A DNA stretch of 64,000 bases, taken from NCBI RefSeq assembly GCF_001677475.2, contig NZ_CP015229.1. The stretch is one strand, 5' to 3'. Position numbers and translations under genes: made by a program. Shown here piece after piece: positions 34,047 through 44,765 of the stretch. Positions within the stretch are counted from its first letter, which is position 1. Each line of letters starts with the position of its first letter. This DNA is from Escherichia coli. Lineage in GTDB: Bacteria; Pseudomonadota; Gammaproteobacteria; Enterobacterales; Enterobacteriaceae. The notes beneath the pieces were generated by a model, which worked only from the letters and a program-made list of their open reading frames with translations, ran no database searches and was not told where the DNA came from.

Positions 34047-35408
34047 ATGAAGACGTTATCTCCCGCTGTGATTACTTTACCCTGGCGTCAGGACGCCGCT
34101 GAATTTTATTTCTCACGCTTAAGCCACCTGCCGTGGGCGATGCTTTTACACTCCGGCTATGCCGATCATCCATATAGCCGCTTTGATATTGTGGTCGCCG
34201 AGCCGATTTGCACTTTAACCACTTTCAGTAAAGAAACCGTTGTTAGTGAAAGCGAAAAACGCACAACGACCACTGATGACCCGCTACAGGTGCTCCAGCA
34301 GGTGCTGGATCGCGCAGACATTCGCCCAGCGCATAACGAAGATTTGCCATTTCAGGGCGGCGCGCTGGGGTTGTTTGGCTACGATCTGGGCCGCCGTTTT
34401 GAGTCACTGCCAGAAATTGCGCCGCAAGATATCATTCTGCCTGATATGGCAGTGGGTATCTACGACTGGGCGCTGGTTGTTGACCACCAGCGTCAAACAG
34501 TTTCTTTGCTGAGTCATAATGATGTCAATACCCGTCGGGCCTGGCTGGAAAGCCAGCAATTCTCCCCGCAGGAAGATTTCGCGCTCACTTCCGACTGGCA
34601 ATCCAATATGACCCGCGAGCAGTACGGCGAAAAATTTCGCCAGGTACAGGAATATCTGCACAGTGGTGATTGCTATCAGGTGAATCTCGCCCAGCGTTTT
34701 CAAGCGGCCTATTCTGGCGATGAATGGCAGGCATTCCTTCAGCTTAATCAGGCCAACCGCGCGCCGTTTAGCGCTTTTTTACGCCTTGAACAGGGCGCGA
34801 TTTTAAGCCTTTCGCCAGAGCGGTTTATCCTTTGTGATAATAGTGAAATCCAGACCCGCCCGATTAAAGGCACGCTACCACGCCTGCCCGATCCTCAGGA
34901 AGATAGCAAACAAGCAGAGAAACTGGCGAACTCAGCGAAAGATCGTGCCGAAAATCTGATGATTGTCGATTTAATGCGTAATGATATCGGTCGTGTTGCC
35001 GTAGCAGGTTCGGTAAAAGTACCAGAGCTCTTCGTGGTGGAACCCTTCCCTGCCGTGCATCATCTGGTCAGCACCATAACGGCGCAACTACCAGAACAGT
35101 TACACGCCAGCGATCTGCTGCGCGCGGCTTTTCCTGGTGGCTCAATAACCGGGGCACCGAAAGTACGGGCTATGGAAATTATCGACGAACTAGAACCGCA
35201 GCGACGCAATGCCTGGTGCGGCAGCATTGGCTATTTGAGCTTTTGCGGCAACATGGACACCAGCATTACTATCCGCACGCTGACTGCCATTAACGGACAA
35301 ATTTACTGCTCTGCGGGGGGGGGAATTGTCGCCGATAGCCAGGAAGAAGCGGAATATCAGGAAACTTTTGATAAAGTTAATAAGATATTACGCCAACTGG
35401 AGAAGTAA
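34047..35408 (+). CDS. pabB: Aminodeoxychorismate synthase component I
   Basis: ORF 34047..35408, 453 aa; chorismate-binding family. Confidence 0.9.
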   Translation: MKTLSPAVITLPWRQDAAEFYFSRLSHLPWAMLLHSGYADHPYSRFDIVVAEPICTLTTFSKETVVSESEKRTTTTDDPLQVLQQVLDRADIRPAHNEDLPFQGGALGLFGYDLGRRFESLPEIAPQDIILPDMAVGIYDWALVVDHQRQTVSLLSHNDVNTRRAWLESQQFSPQEDFALTSDWQSNMTREQYGEKFRQVQEYLHSGDCYQVNLAQRFQAAYSGDEWQAFLQLNQANRAPFSAFLRLEQGAILSLSPERFILCDNSEIQTRPIKGTLPRLPDPQEDSKQAEKLANSAKDRAENLMIVDLMRNDIGRVAVAGSVKVPELFVVEPFPAVHHLVSTITAQLPEQLHASDLLRAAFPGGSITGAPKVRAMEIIDELEPQRRNAWCGSIGYLSFCGNMDTSITIRTLTAINGQIYCSAGGGIVADSQEEAEYQETFDKVNKILRQLEK

Positions 35409-35411
35409 GAC

Positions 35412-35990
35412 GTGGAATACCGTAGCCTGACGCTTGATGATTTTTTATCGCGCTTTCAACTTTTGCGCCCGCAAATTAACCGGGAAACCCTAAATCATCG
35501 TCAGGCTGCCGTGTTAATCCCCATCGTCCGTCGACCGCAACCGGGGTTGTTGCTGACTCAGCGTTCGATTCATCTGCGTAAACACGCTGGACAAGTGGCA
35601 TTCCCTGGAGGCGCAGTCGATGACACGGATGCATCAGTTATCGCCGCCGCGCTGCGCGAAGCTGAAGAAGAGGTCGCTATACCGCCTTCCGCCGTTGAAG
35701 TTATCGGCGTGCTGCCGCCCGTCGATAGCGTAACTGGCTACCAGGTAACCCCGGTGGTCGGCATTATCCCGCCTGATTTACCTTATCGTGCCAGTGAAGA
35801 TGAAGTTTCCGCAGTGTTTGAAATGCCGCTCGCCCAGGCATTACATCTGGGTCGTTATCACCCGTTAGATATCTACCGCCGTGGTGATTCACATCGGGTA
35901 TGGCTGTCCTGGTACGAACAGTATTTTGTATGGGGAATGACCGCAGGCATAATTCGTGAACTGGCGCTGCAAATTGGTGTGAAACCCTGA
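35412..35990 (+). CDS. nudL: Nudix CoA pyrophosphatase NudL (YeaB)
   Basis: ORF 35412..35990; GTG start; Nudix box around REAEEEVAI. Confidence 0.85.
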
Positions 35991-36173
35991 CTATACTTAT
36001 CTTTACATCTACAAAACACTACTTGAGACAATCATCGCAATATTAGTTAAATCGCGGTTTTTGATTAGTTTAATTCATGTGAATAGTTAAGCCAGTCGCC
36101 GCGTTCCCTCTTACACTATGCGCTGTTATTAGTTCGTTACTGGAAGTCCAGTCACCTTGTCAGGAGTATTATC

Positions 36174-37538
36174 GTGATTAGTCTATTCGACATGTTTAAG
36201 GTGGGGATTGGTCCCTCATCTTCCCATACCGTAGGGCCTATGAAGGCAGGTAAACAGTTCGTCGATGATCTGGTCGAAAAAGGCTTACTGGATAGCGTTA
36301 CTCGCGTTGCCGTGGACGTTTATGGTTCACTGTCGCTGACGGGTAAAGGCCACCACACCGATATCGCCATTATTATGGGTCTTGCAGGTAACGAACCTGC
36401 CACCGTGGATATCGACAGTATTCCCGGTTTTATTCGCGACGTAGAAGAGCGCGAACGTCTGCTGCTGGCACAGGGACAGCATGAAGTGGATTTCCCGCGC
36501 GACAACGGGATGCGTTTTCATAACGGCAACCTGCCGCTGCATGAAAACGGTATGCAAATCCACGCCTATAACGGCGATGAAGTCGTCTACAGCAAAACTT
36601 ATTATTCCATCGGCGGCGGTTTTATCGTCGATGAAGAACACTTTGGTCAGGATGCCGCCAACGAAGTGAGCGTGCCGTATCCGTTCAAATCTGCCACCGA
36701 ACTGCTCGCGTACTGCAATGAAACCGGCTATTCGCTGTCTGGTCTCGCTATGCAGAATGAACTGGCGCTGCACAGCAAGAAAGAGATCGACGAGTATTTC
36801 GCGCATGTCTGGCAAACCATGCAGGCATGTATCGATCGCGGGATGAACACCGAAGGCGTACTGCCAGGCCCGCTGCGCGTGCCGCGTCGTGCGTCTGCCC
36901 TGCGCCGGATGCTGGTTTCCAGCGATAAACTGTCTAACGATCCGATGAATGTCATTGACTGGGTAAACATGTTTGCGCTGGCAGTTAACGAAGAGAACGC
37001 CGCCGGTGGTCGCGTGGTAACTGCGCCAACCAACGGTGCTTGTGGCATTGTTCCGGCAGTACTGGCTTACTATGACCACTTTATTGAGTCCGTCAGCCCG
37101 GACATCTATACCCGCTACTTTATGGCAGCGGGTGCGATTGGTGCACTGTATAAAATGAACGCCTCTATTTCCGGTGCGGAAGTCGGTTGCCAGGGTGAAG
37201 TGGGTGTTGCCTGTTCAATGGCTGCTGCGGGCCTTGCCGAGCTGTTGGGCGGTAGCCCGGAACAGGTTTGTGTGGCGGCGGAAATTGGCATGGAGCACAA
37301 CCTCGGTCTGACCTGCGATCCGGTTGCAGGGCAGGTTCAGGTGCCATGCATTGAGCGTAATGCTATTGCCTCTGTGAAGGCGATTAACGCCGCACGGATG
37401 GCTCTGCGCCGCACCAGCGCACCGCGCGTCTCGCTGGATAAGGTCATCGAAACGATGTACGAAACCGGTAAGGACATGAACGCTAAATACCGCGAAACCT
37501 CACGCGGTGGTCTGGCAATCAAAGTCCAGTGTGACTAA
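36174..37538 (+). CDS. sdaA: L-serine dehydratase 1 (Fe-S)
   Basis: ORF 36174..37538, 454 aa; starts [23 protein letters not shown]. Confidence 0.9.
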   Translation: MISLFDMFKVGIGPSSSHTVGPMKAGKQFVDDLVEKGLLDSVTRVAVDVYGSLSLTGKGHHTDIAIIMGLAGNEPATVDIDSIPGFIRDVEERERLLLAQGQHEVDFPRDNGMRFHNGNLPLHENGMQIHAYNGDEVVYSKTYYSIGGGFIVDEEHFGQDAANEVSVPYPFKSATELLAYCNETGYSLSGLAMQNELALHSKKEIDEYFAHVWQTMQACIDRGMNTEGVLPGPLRVPRRASALRRMLVSSDKLSNDPMNVIDWVNMFALAVNEENAAGGRVVTAPTNGACGIVPAVLAYYDHFIESVSPDIYTRYFMAAGAIGALYKMNASISGAEVGCQGEVGVACSMAAAGLAELLGGSPEQVCVAAEIGMEHNLGLTCDPVAGQVQVPCIERNAIASVKAINAARMALRRTSAPRVSLDKVIETMYETGKDMNAKYRETSRGGLAIKVQCD

Positions 37539-37668
37539 TACTTCTTACTCGCCCATCTGCAACGGATGGGCGAATTTATCCCCGCTTTCTCGTCTGCTGT
37601 AATATTCCCCACTACACTTCCACTGTTGCGTCAGGCGTTTGTCGCCATACGCTTACAGGGTGGCCCGC

Positions 37669-39267
37669 ATGCAAAAAGCACAACGGATCATTAAAACCTA
37701 TCGCCGTAATCGAATGATTGTTTGTACGATTTGCGCACTCGTTACGCTCGCTTCGACCCTGAGCGTGCGATTTATTTCACAGCGTAACTTAAATCAACAA
37801 CGGGTAGTACAATTCGCCAATCACGCTGTAGAGGAATTAGATAAAGTACTGCTTCCCCTACAGGTAGGTAGCGAAGTCTTGCTTCCGCTGATTGGTCTGC
37901 CCTGCTCTGTCGCCCATTTGCCATTACGTAAACAGGCGGCAAAACTCCAAACTGTGCGATCCATTGGCCTGGTGCAAGACGGCACACTTTATTGCTCCAG
38001 CATTTTTGGTTATCGCAATGTGCCCGTCGTGGACATTCTGGCTGAACTTCCTGCACCGCAACCACTTTTACGCCTGACGACCGATCGTGCCCTGATTAAA
38101 GGCAGTCCGGTTTTGATTCAATGGACGCCTGCAGCGGGCAGTAGCAATGCTGGGGTCATGGAGATGATTAACATCGACTTACTGACAGCAATGCTGCTTG
38201 AGCCACAACTGCCGCAAATCAGTAGCGCCAGCCTGACGGTGGACGATCGGCATTTGCTCTATGGTAATGGGCTGGTAGATTCCCTTCCGCAACCTGAAAA
38301 CAATGAAAACTACCAGGTTTCTTCGCAACGCTTTCCTTTTACCATTAACGTTAATGGTCCGGGGGCTACGGCGCTGGCATGGCACTATCTTCCAACACAA
38401 TTACCGCTGGCGGTGCTGCTAAGTTTACTTGTGGGCTATATCGCCTGGCTGGCGACCGCTTACCGGATGAGTTTTTCCCGCGAAATCAATCTGGGCCTAG
38501 CGCAACATGAGTTCGAATTGTTCTGCCAGCCTTTGCTTAATGCGCGCAGCCAGCAATGTATTGGTGTAGAGATTTTGCTGCGCTGGAACAATCCACGTCA
38601 GGGCTGGATTTCACCGGATGTGTTTATTCCTATCGCGGAAGAACATCATTTAATTGTGCCACTGACCCGCTATGTGATGGCAGAAACCATCCGTCAGCGG
38701 CATGTTTTCCCAATGAGTAGTCAGTTTCATGTTGGCATTAACGTCGCACCCAGTCATTTTCGCCGTGGTGTGCTGATAAAAGATCTCAATCAGTACTGGT
38801 TTAGCGCTCACCCGATTCAGCAACTGATCCTCGAAATCACCGAACGCGATGCCTTACTGGATGTGGATTATCGGATTGCCCGCGAACTGCATCGTAAAAA
38901 CGTCAAACTGGCGATTGATGACTTCGGCACCGGCAACAGTTCATTTTCCTGGCTTGAAACATTACGTCCTGACGTGCTGAAAATTGATAAGTCATTTACC
39001 GCAGCTATAGGTTCTGACGCGGTTAACTCGACGGTGACCGATATCATCATCGCACTGGGGCAAAGACTGAATATTGAACTGGTGGCGGAGGGTGTGGAAA
39101 CGCAAGAACAGGCGAAATATTTGCGCCGTCATGGCGTGCATATTTTGCAAGGGTATTTGTACGCACAGCCGATGCCGCTACGTGATTTTCCCAAATGGCT
39201 GGCGGGCAGCCAACCGCCGCCCGCCCGGCATAATGGACATATCACACCCATTATGCCGTTACGTTAA
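37669..39267 (+). CDS. pdeD: c-di-GMP phosphodiesterase PdeD (YoaD), CSS-motif sensor plus EAL domain
   Basis: ORF 37639..39267; start set at MQKAQRIIKTY; EAL-domain sequence (ELVAEGVET). Confidence 0.8.
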   Translation: MQKAQRIIKTYRRNRMIVCTICALVTLASTLSVRFISQRNLNQQRVVQFANHAVEELDKVLLPLQVGSEVLLPLIGLPCSVAHLPLRKQAAKLQTVRSIGLVQDGTLYCSSIFGYRNVPVVDILAELPAPQPLLRLTTDRALIKGSPVLIQWTPAAGSSNAGVMEMINIDLLTAMLLEPQLPQISSASLTVDDRHLLYGNGLVDSLPQPENNENYQVSSQRFPFTINVNGPGATALAWHYLPTQLPLAVLLSLLVGYIAWLATAYRMSFSREINLGLAQHEFELFCQPLLNARSQQCIGVEILLRWNNPRQGWISPDVFIPIAEEHHLIVPLTRYVMAETIRQRHVFPMSSQFHVGINVAPSHFRRGVLIKDLNQYWFSAHPIQQLILEITERDALLDVDYRIARELHRKNVKLAIDDFGTGNSSFSWLETLRPDVLKIDKSFTAAIGSDAVNSTVTDIIIALGQRLNIELVAEGVETQEQAKYLRRHGVHILQGYLYAQPMPLRDFPKWLAGSQPPPARHNGHITPIMPLR

Positions 39268-39270
39268 CGC

Positions 39271-40827
39271 TTACTCATCTTCATCGTGCGCCGGTTGCTC
39301 TTTAACAATGCGAACCAGATCAACACGATAATCATTGGCTTCAATGATGGTGATATGCAGTGGCCCTACATCAATCACATCCCCCACACGGGGAATGTGA
39401 CCATTTGCCGAGATCACGAGGCCCGCGACCGTCGCGATATCATCGTCATCGGCAAGGTGCTCAACATCAAGCGCCTGCTGCAAGGCATGCAAATCTGTAC
39501 CGCCTTTTACCAGCCAGCCGTCACCATCGGTAATGATTTCCGGCGTTTCGTCAGCGTCCGGGAATTCACCCGCAATGGCTTCCAGCACATCCAGCGGCGT
39601 GACCAAGCCTTGTACCACACCAAACTCGTTGGTCACGATAACAAAGCTCCCGCGAGCACGACGCAGCACGCCCAGCAGGTTGATCGGATCGAGGGTTTCA
39701 GGGACGATAATCGCCGGAGACGCCGAAGCAATCGCCGCCACATCAACGCCCTCTTCCAGCGCCACCAGCAGTTCTTTAGCACGTACGATTCCGATGATTT
39801 CATCCAGTTCACCGCGACATACCGGGAACAGGCTGTGCGGTGAGGAGAGCAGCTGCTCGCGGATTTCATCGACCCCGAGATTAGCGTCAACCCAGCTTAT
39901 TTCACCGCGCGGCGTCATGATCCCGCGCAGAGAACGCGACGCCAGCGTCAGTACGCCGTTAATCATGTAACGTTCTTCTTCGGCAAATGCACCTTCCGGG
40001 ATCGGCATCGGCATCGGGTTATCGGCATCGTGCTGAACATTGGCCTGACGTTTCCCGCCCATCAAACGCAGGATGGCATCGGCAGTACGCGCTCGCAGCG
40101 GCAAAGTCGACTGGTGACGAATAAAGTTGCGACGCGCAATCTGGTTAAACACTTCGATGATGATCGAGAAGCCAATCGCGGCATACAGGTAACCTTTCGG
40201 AATGTGGAAACCGAAACCTTCTGCCACCAGACTCAGACCAATCATTAACAGGAAGCTCAGACAGAGCACCACCACCGTGGGGTGCTGGTTAACGAATCGC
40301 GTCAGCGGTTTCGATGCCAGCAACATAACCGCCATCGCAATCACTACCGCCGCCATCATCACCGGCAGATGGTTAACCATCCCTACTGCAGTAATTACCG
40401 CATCCAACGAGAAGACGGCGTCAAGGATGACAATCTGTGTGACGACCACCCAGAAACTGGCGTAGCCTTTACCGTGGCCGGAATCATGATCGCGGTTTTC
40501 CAGCCGTTCATGCAGTTCGGTTGTTGCTTTGAACAGCAAGAATATCCCCCCGAACAACATAATCAGGTCGCGTCCGGAGAAGGAGAAATCCATGACGGTA
40601 AATAGCGGTTTGGTCAGCGTGACCATCCATGAAATCAGCGACAGCAGCCCCAGACGCATAATCAGCGCCAGTGATAATCCCAGCAAACGCGCTTTATCGC
40701 GTTGTTTTGGCGGCAGTTTGTCAGCAAGAATGGCGATGAAGACCAGGTTATCGATACCCAGCACAATTTCGAGAACAACAAGCGTGAGTAGCCCCGCCCA
40801 AATTGAGGGGTCCATTAAGAATTCCAT
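39271..40827 (-). CDS. yoaE: TerC-family membrane protein with CBS/CorC domains, YoaE
   Basis: ORF 39271..40827, 518 aa. Confidence 0.85.
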
Positions 40828-41150
40828 GACAAGCTCCTGCTTAAGGAATAGCTATTCGACGCCAGAAATAATGCAGGCGTAACGACAAAATGCAAACGAA
40901 AGGTGCGGCATAGAGTGCCAGAAAGGCAGGCGTTAAAAGGCCTGATGCTGAAATGACGTCGGTGACGATCCATACTGCGGGCTACTGCCCTATACTCCAT
41001 GGTTGTTAAACGGGAGTTAAACATATCAGAGACGCCTCTGATTTGGCAAAGATTTACCTTCCTTTGCAAACGAATGTGACAAGGATATTTTACCTTTCGA
41101 AATTTCTGCTAATCGAAAGTTAAATTACGGATCTTCATCACATAAAATAA

Positions 41151-41180
41151 TTTTTTCGATATCTAAAATAAATCGCGAAA
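41151..41180 (+). promoter_or_regulatory. Putative Mlc/NagC-type operator in manX promoter region
   Basis: ttttttcgatatctaaaataaatcgcgaaa, TTCG...CGAA-type inverted repeat about 110 bp upstream of manX start. Confidence 0.3.
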
Positions 41181-41289
41181 CGCAGGGGTTTTTGGTTGTA
41201 GCCCTTATCTGAATCGATTCGATTGTGGACGACGATTCAAAAATACATCTGGCACGTTGAGGTGTTAACGATAATAAAGGAGGTAGCAA

Positions 41290-42261
41290 GTGACCATTGC
41301 TATTGTTATAGGCACACATGGTTGGGCTGCAGAGCAGTTGCTTAAAACGGCAGAAATGCTGTTAGGCGAGCAGGAAAACGTCGGCTGGATCGATTTCGTT
41401 CCAGGTGAAAATGCCGAAACGCTGATTGAAAAGTACAACGCTCAGTTGGCAAAACTCGACACCACTAAAGGCGTGCTGTTTCTCGTTGATACATGGGGAG
41501 GCAGCCCGTTCAATGCTGCCAGCCGCATTGTCGTCGACAAAGAGCATTATGAAGTCATTGCAGGCGTTAACATTCCAATGCTCGTGGAAACGTTAATGGC
41601 CCGTGATGATGACCCAAGCTTTGATGAACTGGTGGCGCTGGCAGTAGAAACAGGCCGTGAAGGCGTGAAAGCACTGAAAGCCAAACCGGTTGAAAAAGCT
41701 GCGCCAGCACCCGCTGCCGCAGCACCAAAAGCGGCTTCAACTCCGGCAAAACCAATGGGACCAAACGACTACATGGTTATTGGCCTTGCGCGTATCGACG
41801 ACCGTCTGATTCACGGTCAGGTCGCCACCCGCTGGACCAAAGAAACCAATGTCTCCCGTATTATTGTTGTTAGTGATGAAGTGGCTGCGGATACCGTTCG
41901 TAAGACACTGCTCACCCAGGTTGCACCTCCGGGCGTAACAGCTCACGTAGTTGATGTTGCCAAAATGATTCGCGTCTACAACAACCCGAAATATGCTGGC
42001 GAACGCGTAATGCTGTTATTTACCAACCCAACAGATGTAGAGCGTCTCGTTGAAGGCGGCGTGAAAATCACCTCTGTTAACGTCGGTGGTATGGCATTCC
42101 GTCAGGGTAAAACCCAGGTGAACAACGCGGTTTCGGTTGATGAAAAAGATATCGAGGCGTTCAAGAAACTGAATGCGCGCGGTATTGAGCTGGAAGTCCG
42201 TAAGGTTTCCACCGATCCGAAACTGAAAATGATGGATCTGATCAGCAAAATCGATAAGTAA
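41290..42261 (+). CDS. manX: PTS mannose-specific EIIAB component
   Basis: ORF 41290..42261, 323 aa; starts MTIAIVIGTHGWAAEQ; Ala/Pro-rich linker. Confidence 0.95.
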   Translation: MTIAIVIGTHGWAAEQLLKTAEMLLGEQENVGWIDFVPGENAETLIEKYNAQLAKLDTTKGVLFLVDTWGGSPFNAASRIVVDKEHYEVIAGVNIPMLVETLMARDDDPSFDELVALAVETGREGVKALKAKPVEKAAPAPAAAAPKAASTPAKPMGPNDYMVIGLARIDDRLIHGQVATRWTKETNVSRIIVVSDEVAADTVRKTLLTQVAPPGVTAHVVDVAKMIRVYNNPKYAGERVMLLFTNPTDVERLVEGGVKITSVNVGGMAFRQGKTQVNNAVSVDEKDIEAFKKLNARGIELEVRKVSTDPKLKMMDLISKIDK

Positions 42262-42323
42262 CGTATTGTGTTGATTATCACTCAGTTTTCACACTTAAGT
42301 CTTACGTAAACAGGAGAAGTACA

Positions 42324-43124
42324 ATGGAGATTACCACTCTTCAAATTGTGCTGGTATTTATCGTAGCCTGTATCGCAGGTATGGGATCAATCCTCGATGA
42401 ATTTCAGTTTCACCGTCCGCTAATCGCGTGTACCCTGGTGGGTATCGTTCTTGGGGATATGAAAACCGGTATTATTATCGGTGGTACGCTGGAAATGATC
42501 GCGCTGGGCTGGATGAACATCGGTGCTGCAGTTGCGCCTGACGCCGCTCTGGCTTCCATCATTTCTACTATTCTGGTTATCGCAGGTCATCAGAGCATTG
42601 GTGCAGGTATCGCACTGGCAATCCCTCTGGCCGCTGCGGGCCAGGTACTGACCATCATCGTTCGTACTATTACCGTTGCCTTCCAGCACGCTGCGGATAA
42701 GGCTGCTGATAACGGCAACCTGACAGCGATTTCCTGGATCCACGTTTCTTCTCTGTTCCTGCAAGCAATGCGTGTGGCTATTCCGGCCGTCATCGTTGCG
42801 CTGTCTGTTGGTACCAGCGAAGTACAGAACATGCTGAATGCGATTCCGGAAGTGGTGACCAATGGTCTGAATATCGCCGGTGGCATGATCGTGGTGGTTG
42901 GTTATGCGATGGTTATCAACATGATGCGTGCTGGCTACCTGATGCCTTTCTTCTACCTCGGCTTCGTAACCGCAGCATTCACCAACTTTAACCTGGTTGC
43001 TCTGGGTGTGATTGGTACTGTTATGGCAGTGCTCTACATCCAACTTAGCCCGAAATACAACCGCGTAGCCGGTGCGCCTGCTCAGGCAGCTGGTAACAAC
43101 GATCTCGATAACGAACTGGACTAA
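42324..43124 (+). CDS. manY: PTS mannose-specific EIIC component
   Basis: ORF 42324..43124, 266 aa. Confidence 0.95.
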   Translation: MEITTLQIVLVFIVACIAGMGSILDEFQFHRPLIACTLVGIVLGDMKTGIIIGGTLEMIALGWMNIGAAVAPDAALASIISTILVIAGHQSIGAGIALAIPLAAAGQVLTIIVRTITVAFQHAADKAADNGNLTAISWIHVSSLFLQAMRVAIPAVIVALSVGTSEVQNMLNAIPEVVTNGLNIAGGMIVVVGYAMVINMMRAGYLMPFFYLGFVTAAFTNFNLVALGVIGTVMAVLYIQLSPKYNRVAGAPAQAAGNNDLDNELD

Positions 43125-43136
43125 CAGGTGAGCGAA

Positions 43137-43988
43137 ATGGTTGATACAACTCAAACTACCACCGAGAAAAAACTCACTCAAAGTGATATTCGTGGCGTCT
43201 TCCTACGTTCTAACCTCTTCCAGGGTTCATGGAACTTCGAACGTATGCAGGCACTGGGTTTCTGCTTCTCTATGGTACCGGCAATTCGTCGCCTTTACCC
43301 TGAGAACAACGAAGCTCGTAAACAAGCTATTCGCCGTCACCTGGAGTTCTTTAACACCCAGCCGTTCGTGGCTGCGCCGATTCTCGGCGTAACCCTGGCG
43401 CTGGAAGAACAGCGTGCTAATGGCGCAGAGATCGATGACGGTGCTATCAACGGTATCAAAGTCGGTTTGATGGGGCCGCTGGCTGGTGTAGGCGACCCGA
43501 TCTTCTGGGGAACCGTACGTCCGGTATTTGCAGCGCTGGGTGCCGGTATCGCAATGAGCGGCAGCCTGTTAGGTCCGCTGCTGTTCTTCATCTTGTTTAA
43601 CCTGGTGCGTCTGGCAACTCGTTACTACGGCGTAGCGTATGGTTACTCCAAAGGTATCGATATCGTTAAAGATATGGGTGGTGGTTTCCTGCAAAAACTG
43701 ACGGAAGGGGCGTCTATCCTCGGCCTGTTTGTCATGGGGGCATTAGTTAACAAGTGGACGCATGTCAACATCCCGCTGGTTGTCTCTCGCATTACTGACC
43801 AGACGGGCAAAGAACACGTTACCACTGTCCAGACTATTCTTGACCAGTTAATGCCAGGCCTGGTACCACTGCTGCTGACCTTTGCTTGTATGTGGCTACT
43901 GCGCAAAAAAGTTAACCCGCTGTGGATCATCGTTGGCTTCTTCGTCATCGGTATCGCTGGTTACGCTTGCGGCCTGCTGGGACTGTAA
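43137..43988 (+). CDS. manZ: PTS mannose-specific EIID component
   Basis: ORF 43128..43988; ATG 43137 preferred (aggtga RBS upstream); GTG 43128 is an alternative start. Confidence 0.9.
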   Translation: MVDTTQTTTEKKLTQSDIRGVFLRSNLFQGSWNFERMQALGFCFSMVPAIRRLYPENNEARKQAIRRHLEFFNTQPFVAAPILGVTLALEEQRANGAEIDDGAINGIKVGLMGPLAGVGDPIFWGTVRPVFAALGAGIAMSGSLLGPLLFFILFNLVRLATRYYGVAYGYSKGIDIVKDMGGGFLQKLTEGASILGLFVMGALVNKWTHVNIPLVVSRITDQTGKEHVTTVQTILDQLMPGLVPLLLTFACMWLLRKKVNPLWIIVGFFVIGIAGYACGLLGL

Positions 43989-44003
43989 GACTGTTGTACA
44001 CTA

Positions 44004-44029
44004 CCGGGGCCTTTTGGCCCCGTTTTTTT
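44004..44029 (+). terminator. Rho-independent terminator after manZ
   Basis: ccggggccttttggccccg followed by T7 run. Confidence 0.65.
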
Positions 44030-44042
44030 ATCTGGAGGATTA

Positions 44043-44501
44043 ATGACAATCACGGACCTGGTACTGATTCTTTTCATCGCCGCACTCCTGGCCTTCGCGA
44101 TCTACGATCAGTTCATCATGCCCCGCCGTAACGGCCCCACTCTGCTGGCAATTCCTTTGCTCCGGCGTGGTCGCATCGATAGCGTTATATTCGTCGGATT
44201 GATTGTCATTCTTATCTATAACAACGTCACGAATCATGGCGCGCTAATAACAACATGGTTATTAAGTGCACTGGCTCTGATGGGTTTTTATATATTCTGG
44301 ATCCGCGTTCCGAAGATCATCTTTAAACAAAAAGGTTTTTTCTTCGCCAATGTCTGGATTGAATATAGCCGAATCAAAGCGATGAACTTGTCGGAAGATG
44401 GCGTGTTGGTGATGCAATTAGAACAGCGTCGGCTGTTAATCCGCGTTCGAAATATCGACGATCTAGAAAAAATTTATAAGCTTCTCGTTTCAACTCAATA
44501 A
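44043..44501 (+). CDS. yobD: UPF0266 membrane protein YobD
   Basis: ORF 44043..44501, 152 aa. Confidence 0.8.
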
Positions 44502-44513
44502 GTTATGAATTTA

Positions 44514-44566
44514 GCCAAAGCTATGTTTAGTGTATTTTTAATAATCAGACATAGCTTAGGCTATAT
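44514..44566 (+). promoter_or_regulatory. Putative MntR operator(s) of the mntP promoter
   Basis: aaagctatgttt and acatagcttaggctata resemble the MntR palindrome AACATAGC-N-GCTATGTT as I recall it. Confidence 0.35.
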
Positions 44567-44665
44567 TACCTCTTCCCTTATTTGTTATTTATTTTAACGT
44601 TTCATTGATATATAAATCTAAATGAAAATCGTTATCAATAAAGCAATGAAATAATATATTCCAAC

Positions 44666-44673
44666 AGTTGTTT
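44666..44673. repeat. Left copy of 8-bp target-site duplication AGTTGTTT flanking the IS
   Basis: Identical 8-mer immediately outside both IS ends (44666-44673 and 47082-47089). Confidence 0.6.
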
Positions 44674-44765
44674 ATGAGACGACAATAACTCAGTCCGCCT
44701 GGCGCCGATTATTCTGGCCGGTTTTGTAACCTGAGTGTCATTTACATGATCCAACAGGAAATGGC

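Noticed and set aside
36327-37079. 250-aa minus-strand ORF inside sdaA
   Set aside because: Antisense shadow ORF of a well-supported gene; no RBS or recognisable domain.
42420-43181. 253-aa minus-strand ORF inside manY/manZ
   Set aside because: Antisense to PTS genes; His/Asn/Arg-rich composition typical of reverse-frame artefacts.
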